Source: Myxococcota bacterium (GTDB taxonomy: Bacteria; Myxococcota; UBA4151). Taken from it: a stretch of 19,951 bases of DNA. The translations under genes and the position numbers were made by a program. The notes beneath the pieces were generated by a model. That model saw only the letters and a program-made list of their open reading frames with translations, had not been told where the DNA came from and did not search any database. Positions 15,159 through 19,951 of this stretch are shown one piece after another. Each line of letters begins with the position of its first letter. Within the stretch, counting starts at the first letter, position 1. The DNA lies in the NCBI GenBank assembly GCA_040260805.1, contig JBDQPD010000063.1, positions 1 through 19,951 on the forward strand, given 5' to 3'.

Positions 15159-17459
15159 CTAACCGCAGCACGGCACCGGTTGCCCATTGCAAATATTACC
15201 CCAACTACCCCCACCGCATGCTCGGCACATGTAGAGATAGCCGTAGCCATCATTCCACCGCGGGCTGTCGTTGACGATCACATGCCCATTGTTACCGTCA
15301 GCGCAGACTTGACCCCAATTGTTGTGCGCGTCGAGCTCGGCTCGAGTGCATTGATGCGCGTTCCCCCCAAACCGGTCATTACAGCGCTGGTTATGCTGCT
15401 CAAGCGCGTCACGGCTTTGATACAAATTACCCACGGAAATAGTGCCTAAGTAAGACCCAACGCCTGCGCTGCAGTCGTTGCGGCACGCGTCATCATTGTT
15501 GTTGTTGCCGTCATCGCACGCCTCAACGCCAGCTTGGGTTACCCCGTCGCCGCAGCGAGCCACAACGCAGGAATCTCGGCACGCGTCCGTGTCGACCTCG
15601 TTGCCGTCATCGCAAGCCTCAACACCAACCCGGACAATGCCATCACCGCAGATCGCATCGACGCACGCGTTGGTGCAGGCATCGCCATCAACTTCGTTGC
15701 CATCGTCGCAGGTTTCGACACCATCTTGAACCAAGCTGTCGCCGCAGCGAGCCTCGGCGCACACGTTGGTGCACCCGTCGGTGTCGGTTCGGTTGCCATC
15801 ATCGCAAGCCTCAACGCCTTCTTGGACCACGCCATCGCCGCAGCGAGCCGCCTCGCACAGGTTGCGGCAGTCGTCGGTGTCCACCCCGTTGCCATCGTCA
15901 CAGGCTTCGACGCCAACTTGAACCACCCCGTCGCCGCAGCGAGCCTCAAGACAAGCGTTGGTGCAGGCATCGCCATCGACGTTGTTACCGTCATCGCAGA
16001 CTTCAACATCTTGGCGCACGATGCCGTCGCCGCAGGCTGCCTCAAGACAGGCGTTGGTGCAGCCATCAACATTGCTTCGGTTGCCGTCATCACAGACCTC
16101 ACCGCCTTGGAGGATACCATCACCGCACTGTGCGGCTTGGCAGGCGTTTGAGCAGTCGTCCTCGTCGACCACGTTGCCGTCATCGCAGGCTTCCCAGAGC
16201 GCCTGGATTCCATCGCCGCAGCGCGCCTCAAGACAGGCGTTAGTGCACAGATCAAGATCGCTCGCATTGCCGTCGTCGCAGGCTTCAACTCCTGCTTCGA
16301 CGATCCCGTCACCGCAGCGCGCCTCAAGGCAGGCGTTGGTGCAGGCATCGCTGTTGATTTGATTGCCGTCATCGCAGCGTTCTAGCCCTTGAATGATCGA
16401 ATCACCGCAGCGCGGGGCGGCGCATGTGTTGGAGCAGGCGTCCGAGTCGATGAGGTTGCCGTCATCGCAATCCTCCCAGAGCGCCACAATGCCATCGCCG
16501 CAGCGAGCCGCAGCGCAGACGTTGGTGCACTCATCGGTGTCGAGTTGGTTGCCGTCATCGCAAGCTTCGAAGCCCTCGTTGCCCGCTTCAACATCGGTTC
16601 GGGTCAGACCGTCACCGCAGCGCGCAACGGCGCACCGGTTGGTGCAAGCGTCTTGGTTGTTGCCGTTGCCATCGTCGCAGGCTTCTGCGCCTTCTCGAAC
16701 CACTCCATCGCCGCAGGTCGCGGGCGCGCAGGCGTTGGTGCAGGCATCCCCGTCCACTTGATTACCATCATCGCAGCGCTCGCCGGGCTGAATTCGGCCA
16801 TCGCCGCAGGAGGCTGGCTGACAATCCATGCAGTCATCGCCCGGGTTTTCATTGCCGTCATCGCAACCCTCACCGGGGCCTACAATTCCATCACCGCAGC
16901 GGGCGGCTTGGCACGAACTCAAGCACGCGTCCGTGTCCACATCATTGCCGTCATCACAGGCTTCAAAGCGGCGGTCCTCTGGCGTCAGATCGGTGCGCGT
17001 GATGCCGTCACCGCAGCGCGCCACTGCGCAAGAGGTTCGGCACGCATCATCATCGGCGCTGTTGCCGTCATCACAGGACTCAAAACCGTCCTCACCTTCG
17101 TCCAGGTCCATCCGCAAAATACCGTCGCCGCAGCGCGCCTCGAGGCAAGCAGCAGTGCACCCATCTTCATCAACGAGGTTGCCATCATCACAGGCTTCAT
17201 AGCCCTCATCTGTCTCGCCCAAATCGGTGCGCAAGATGCCGTCCCCGCAGCGGTTCAGTTTACAGCTCCCAGTGCAGGCATCGGTCTCGACGGCGTTGCC
17301 GTCGTCACAGACCTCGCCCGCTTCGATGGTGCCGTTACCGCATTTCGCTTCGACCTCGCGTACCACCACTTGGTCGCTGCACGAGGCGGCGAAGAAACAC
17401 GCGGACAACACAACACCACTCAAAGAACGCATCACAATACTCACGCTAATCCCCATCAT
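15159..17459 (-). CDS. Cys-rich repeat lipoprotein (myxococcal disulfide repeat/DUF4215 type, about 19 repeats) with a ~100-aa non-repeat C-terminal domain
   Basis: Lipobox FAASC. I count 19 CG(D/N)G...E.CDDGN....D.C...C units by eye. The tail ends ...[10 protein letters not shown]. Start may be ATG 17432. Confidence 0.92.
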   Translation of the reverse strand: MMGISVSIVMRSLSGVVLSACFFAASCSDQVVVREVEAKCGNGTIEAGEVCDDGNAVETDACTGSCKLNRCGDGILRTDLGETDEGYEACDDGNLVDEDGCTAACLEARCGDGILRMDLDEGEDGFESCDDGNSADDDACRTSCAVARCGDGITRTDLTPEDRRFEACDDGNDVDTDACLSSCQAARCGDGIVGPGEGCDDGNENPGDDCMDCQPASCGDGRIQPGERCDDGNQVDGDACTNACAPATCGDGVVREGAEACDDGNGNNQDACTNRCAVARCGDGLTRTDVEAGNEGFEACDDGNQLDTDECTNVCAAARCGDGIVALWEDCDDGNLIDSDACSNTCAAPRCGDSIIQGLERCDDGNQINSDACTNACLEARCGDGIVEAGVEACDDGNASDLDLCTNACLEARCGDGIQALWEACDDGNVVDEDDCSNACQAAQCGDGILQGGEVCDDGNRSNVDGCTNACLEAACGDGIVRQDVEVCDDGNNVDGDACTNACLEARCGDGVVQVGVEACDDGNGVDTDDCRNLCEAARCGDGVVQEGVEACDDGNRTDTDGCTNVCAEARCGDSLVQDGVETCDDGNEVDGDACTNACVDAICGDGIVRVGVEACDDGNEVDTDACRDSCVVARCGDGVTQAGVEACDDGNNNNDDACRNDCSAGVGSYLGTISVGNLYQSRDALEQHNQRCNDRFGGNAHQCTRAELDAHNNWGQVCADGNNGHVIVNDSPRWNDGYGYLYMCRACGGGSWGNICNGQPVPCCG
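15470..16530 (-). repeat. Tandem ~93-96-bp intragenic repeats
   Basis: Units of the form [29 protein letters not shown] recur about 11 times, with recurrent DNA words (gcgttggtgcag, ttgccgtcatcgca). Confidence 0.9.
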
Positions 17460-17465
17460 TGCCAG

Positions 17466-19951
17466 CTAAGGCCTGATATACACCCACAAGTAGCGGTTAC
17501 CATTAAGCCCCTGACCCATGCAGTTGCTCACTTCCCAGCCGCAGCTGTTGTTGATGGTCACGTTGGTTGCGCGCTCATCACAACCCGACCCTCCGCCCCA
17601 CCAGGACGCACGGTTGCGTGGGTGGTTGCCGTCGGCGTAGATGATGTTCTGATACCCGTTGTAATTCGCGCCCGAGATCAGACCATTTTCGGAGTAGCCG
17701 GTCAGGCCCTCTCGAAAGACGTTTTTACTGACATCAAGGTAGCGGTACGCGTTGGTGCTGGCGCCGCAGACGATCTTGATTTGATTGTAGTTCGCTAGCG
17801 CACAGGCCGAACCCCAGTTCGCTGGCACGTCGTCACCACCAGGCCGATCAAGATAGCCTTCGCACTGCAGCCAACCATCGCCAAATACAGGGCCTGTTTC
17901 GCCGCTAAAGTTCGGGACCTGACCGCTCGCTTGGCAGCTGTTGTTGCAGCCGTCATTAGCCACCTGGTTGCCGTCATCACAAGCCTCACCAGGCCCCACA
18001 AAACCGTCGCCACAGGAGGCTTGAGCGCAGGTATTTAAGCAGGCATCAGTTTGCACCTGGTTGCCATCATCGCAGGCCTCTCCAGGTCCGACAAAGCCGT
18101 CACCGCAGGAGGCTGATGTGCAATCGTTGAGGCAAGCATCCGTCTGGTCTGCGTTGCCGTCATCGCAGGCTTCGACGCCCGCTTGGATCTGACCGTCGCC
18201 GCACGACGCCAGGCTGCAATCGTTGAGACAGGCATCGGTCTGCTCGGCGTTGGCGTCATCGCAAGCCTCAACACCGGCCTGAATCAGACCATCGCCGCAG
18301 GAGGCTGCGGTGCAGTCGTTTAGACAGGCATCCGTTTGCTCTTGGTTGGCGTCATCACAAGCCTCGACACCCGCTTGCACGTGGCCGTCACCACAAGCGG
18401 CTGCGGTGCAGTCAGTGAGGCAAGCGTCGGTTTGCTCAAGGTTGCCATCGTCGCAGACCTCGACGCCATCTTGAACCAACCCATCACCGCAAACAGCCTG
18501 CGCACAGGCGTTGGTGCAGGCGTCGGTGTCGATACGGTTTCCATCGTCACACACCTCCTCACCGCGTGCGATGATACCGTCGCCGCAGACCGCCTCACGG
18601 CAGCTGTTGGTGCAGCCGTCGTTGGCGTCGTTGTTGCCGTCGTCACAGGACTCCACGCCGACAAAAATCTCTCCATCACCGCAGCGAGCGACCTGACAGT
18701 TGGTCAAACAGGCGTCGTCATCTTGAGCGTTTGCGTCGTCACATTGCTCGCCTTGAAGCGCTAAAATTCCATCGCCGCAGCGGGCGGGCTCACAGGCGTT
18801 GGTGCAGCCATCACGCGCCTCTCGGTTGCCGTCATCACAGGTTTCGCCGGCGTCGACTCGGCCGTTACCGCAAGCCTCGAGGCGACACTGATCATCGCAG
18901 CCATCTCCAGCGACCTGCGCGCCGTCATCGCACGCTTCGCCAGCGTCGACTCGAGCGTTACCGCAGGCTTCAACCCTGCACACCGCATCGCAGCCATCGC
19001 CGACGTCCTCATTGCCGTCGTCACAGCCTTCACCAGCGTCCAGGCGACCGTTGCCGCAGACCTCGCGCCCACACGAGGCGTCGCAGCCATCGCCGGCGTC
19101 GTCGTTGCCATCATCGCACTCTTCGAACCCTTCATCTTCGGGCTGCAGATCGCCGCGTCGAATGTCGTCACCGCATCGAGCGAGCGCACACAGGTTGGTG
19201 CACGCGTCCGTCGGGTCTGCGTTGCCATCGTCGCAAGCTTCTTGATCAAGCCAGACCTGACCATCACCGCAGCTTGCGGGCGCGCAATTCGACAGACAGT
19301 CATCGGTCTCATCGTCGTTGCCATCGTCGCAGCGCTCGCCCGGCTGAGCGACACCATCGCCGCAGCTCGCAGGCTGGCAGGCGTTGCAATCATCCGTCGG
19401 GTCTTCGTTGCCGTCATCACAACCTTCACCCGGGCCCATCACCCCGTCACCGCAGCGCGCCGCAACGCATGAGCTTAGACACGAGTCGGTGTCGACCTCA
19501 TTGCCGTCATCGCAGGCTTCATAGCCGAGCTCGCCCTCGCCAAGATCGGTGCGCACGACACCATCACCGCAGGCCGCTAACATACAGGCGTCCCGACAGC
19601 TGTCCGTATCGACCGCGTTGCCATCGTCGCAGGCTTCATAATCAACGGCTCCCTCCGAGAGGTCAGCGCGTACGACGCCGTCACCGCACACCGCCGCTAG
19701 GCAGCTGCTTGTGCAGGCGTCGCTGTCGACGTCGTTGCCATCATCGCAGGCTTCAAAGCCGTCTTGATCCGCAGTCAGGTCGGTTCGGGTGGTCCCGTCG
19801 CCGCAGCGAGCGATCGTGCAGCCTGTGGTGCACCCATCGGTGCTGACCTCGTTGCCGTCGTCACAAGCCTCGCCCACTTCGAGCGAGCCGTTGCCGCAGC
19901 TCGCCTCGGTCTCGCGCACCACCACTTGGTCACCGCATGACGCCGCCAACA
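17466..19951 (-). CDS. Cys-rich repeat lipoprotein (about 20 repeats) with a ~150-aa non-repeat C-terminal domain; 5' end runs off the window
   Basis: Begins at the window edge with lipobox LAASC-GDQVVVRE, so the signal peptide lies beyond 19951. I count 20 CDD(G/A) repeat units. The tail ends ...NRYLWVYIRP, 6 nt before the start of the next paralog. Confidence 0.92.
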   Translation of the reverse strand, partial: LAASCGDQVVVRETEASCGNGSLEVGEACDDGNEVSTDGCTTGCTIARCGDGTTRTDLTADQDGFEACDDGNDVDSDACTSSCLAAVCGDGVVRADLSEGAVDYEACDDGNAVDTDSCRDACMLAACGDGVVRTDLGEGELGYEACDDGNEVDTDSCLSSCVAARCGDGVMGPGEGCDDGNEDPTDDCNACQPASCGDGVAQPGERCDDGNDDETDDCLSNCAPASCGDGQVWLDQEACDDGNADPTDACTNLCALARCGDDIRRGDLQPEDEGFEECDDGNDDAGDGCDASCGREVCGNGRLDAGEGCDDGNEDVGDGCDAVCRVEACGNARVDAGEACDDGAQVAGDGCDDQCRLEACGNGRVDAGETCDDGNREARDGCTNACEPARCGDGILALQGEQCDDANAQDDDACLTNCQVARCGDGEIFVGVESCDDGNNDANDGCTNSCREAVCGDGIIARGEEVCDDGNRIDTDACTNACAQAVCGDGLVQDGVEVCDDGNLEQTDACLTDCTAAACGDGHVQAGVEACDDANQEQTDACLNDCTAASCGDGLIQAGVEACDDANAEQTDACLNDCSLASCGDGQIQAGVEACDDGNADQTDACLNDCTSASCGDGFVGPGEACDDGNQVQTDACLNTCAQASCGDGFVGPGEACDDGNQVANDGCNNSCQASGQVPNFSGETGPVFGDGWLQCEGYLDRPGGDDVPANWGSACALANYNQIKIVCGASTNAYRYLDVSKNVFREGLTGYSENGLISGANYNGYQNIIYADGNHPRNRASWWGGGSGCDERATNVTINNSCGWEVSNCMGQGLNGNRYLWVYIRP
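17930..18680 (-). repeat. Tandem ~96-bp (32-aa) intragenic repeats
   Basis: Adjacent near-identical units such as [32 protein letters not shown] / [32 protein letters not shown] / [32 protein letters not shown]. Confidence 0.9.

Noticed and set aside
15159..15465. Diversity-generating retroelement target (Asn/Tyr/Gly-rich CLec-like C-terminus)
   Set aside because: No template repeat differing only at adenines and no reverse transcriptase in the window, so it cannot be supported here.
15478..19846. Long alternative-frame and antisense ORFs over the Cys-rich genes (e.g. 16389-17798 +, 18731-19846 +, 15539-16372 -)
   Set aside because: These are shadow ORFs caused by repetitive, GC-rich, stop-poor codon usage of the real minus-strand genes, and the translations are low-complexity.
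15470..19900. CRISPR-like periodic repeats
   Set aside because: The periodicity is in-frame protein repeat with synonymous variation. There are no identical repeats with unique spacers and no cas genes.

Overview
A GC-rich bacterial window that looks like Myxococcota/deltaproteobacterial chromosome, judged from Cys-rich 'CGDG...CDDGN' repeat lipoproteins, a Ser/Thr kinase-ATPase-helical repeat protein and an ExbD-like secreted protein. In order it holds: the 3' part of ribA joined abruptly at ~345 to unrelated coding-like sequence; a renalase-like FAD oxidoreductase; an ExbD-like hypothetical; two membrane proteins (one DoxX-like); a triple-fasciclin lipoprotein; an acidic surface lipoprotein; a 1153-aa kinase/ATPase; ferrochelatase hemH; a plant-type methionine gamma-lyase; a fusion of a 5-hmdU DNA kinase-like (aGPT-Pplase1) domain with an AAA_28-like P-loop domain; and two tandem paralogous Cys-rich repeat lipoproteins with unrelated C-terminal tips. 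The strongest candidate for an undescribed system is the 5-hmdU-kinase/P-loop fusion (13478-14959). It resembles a phage DNA-hypermodification enzyme family but sits in a cellular, non-prophage context directly upstream of a PLP-dependent lyase. No rRNA, tRNA, CRISPR array, transposase or integrase was recognised. All family calls come from motif recognition by eye, not database searches.
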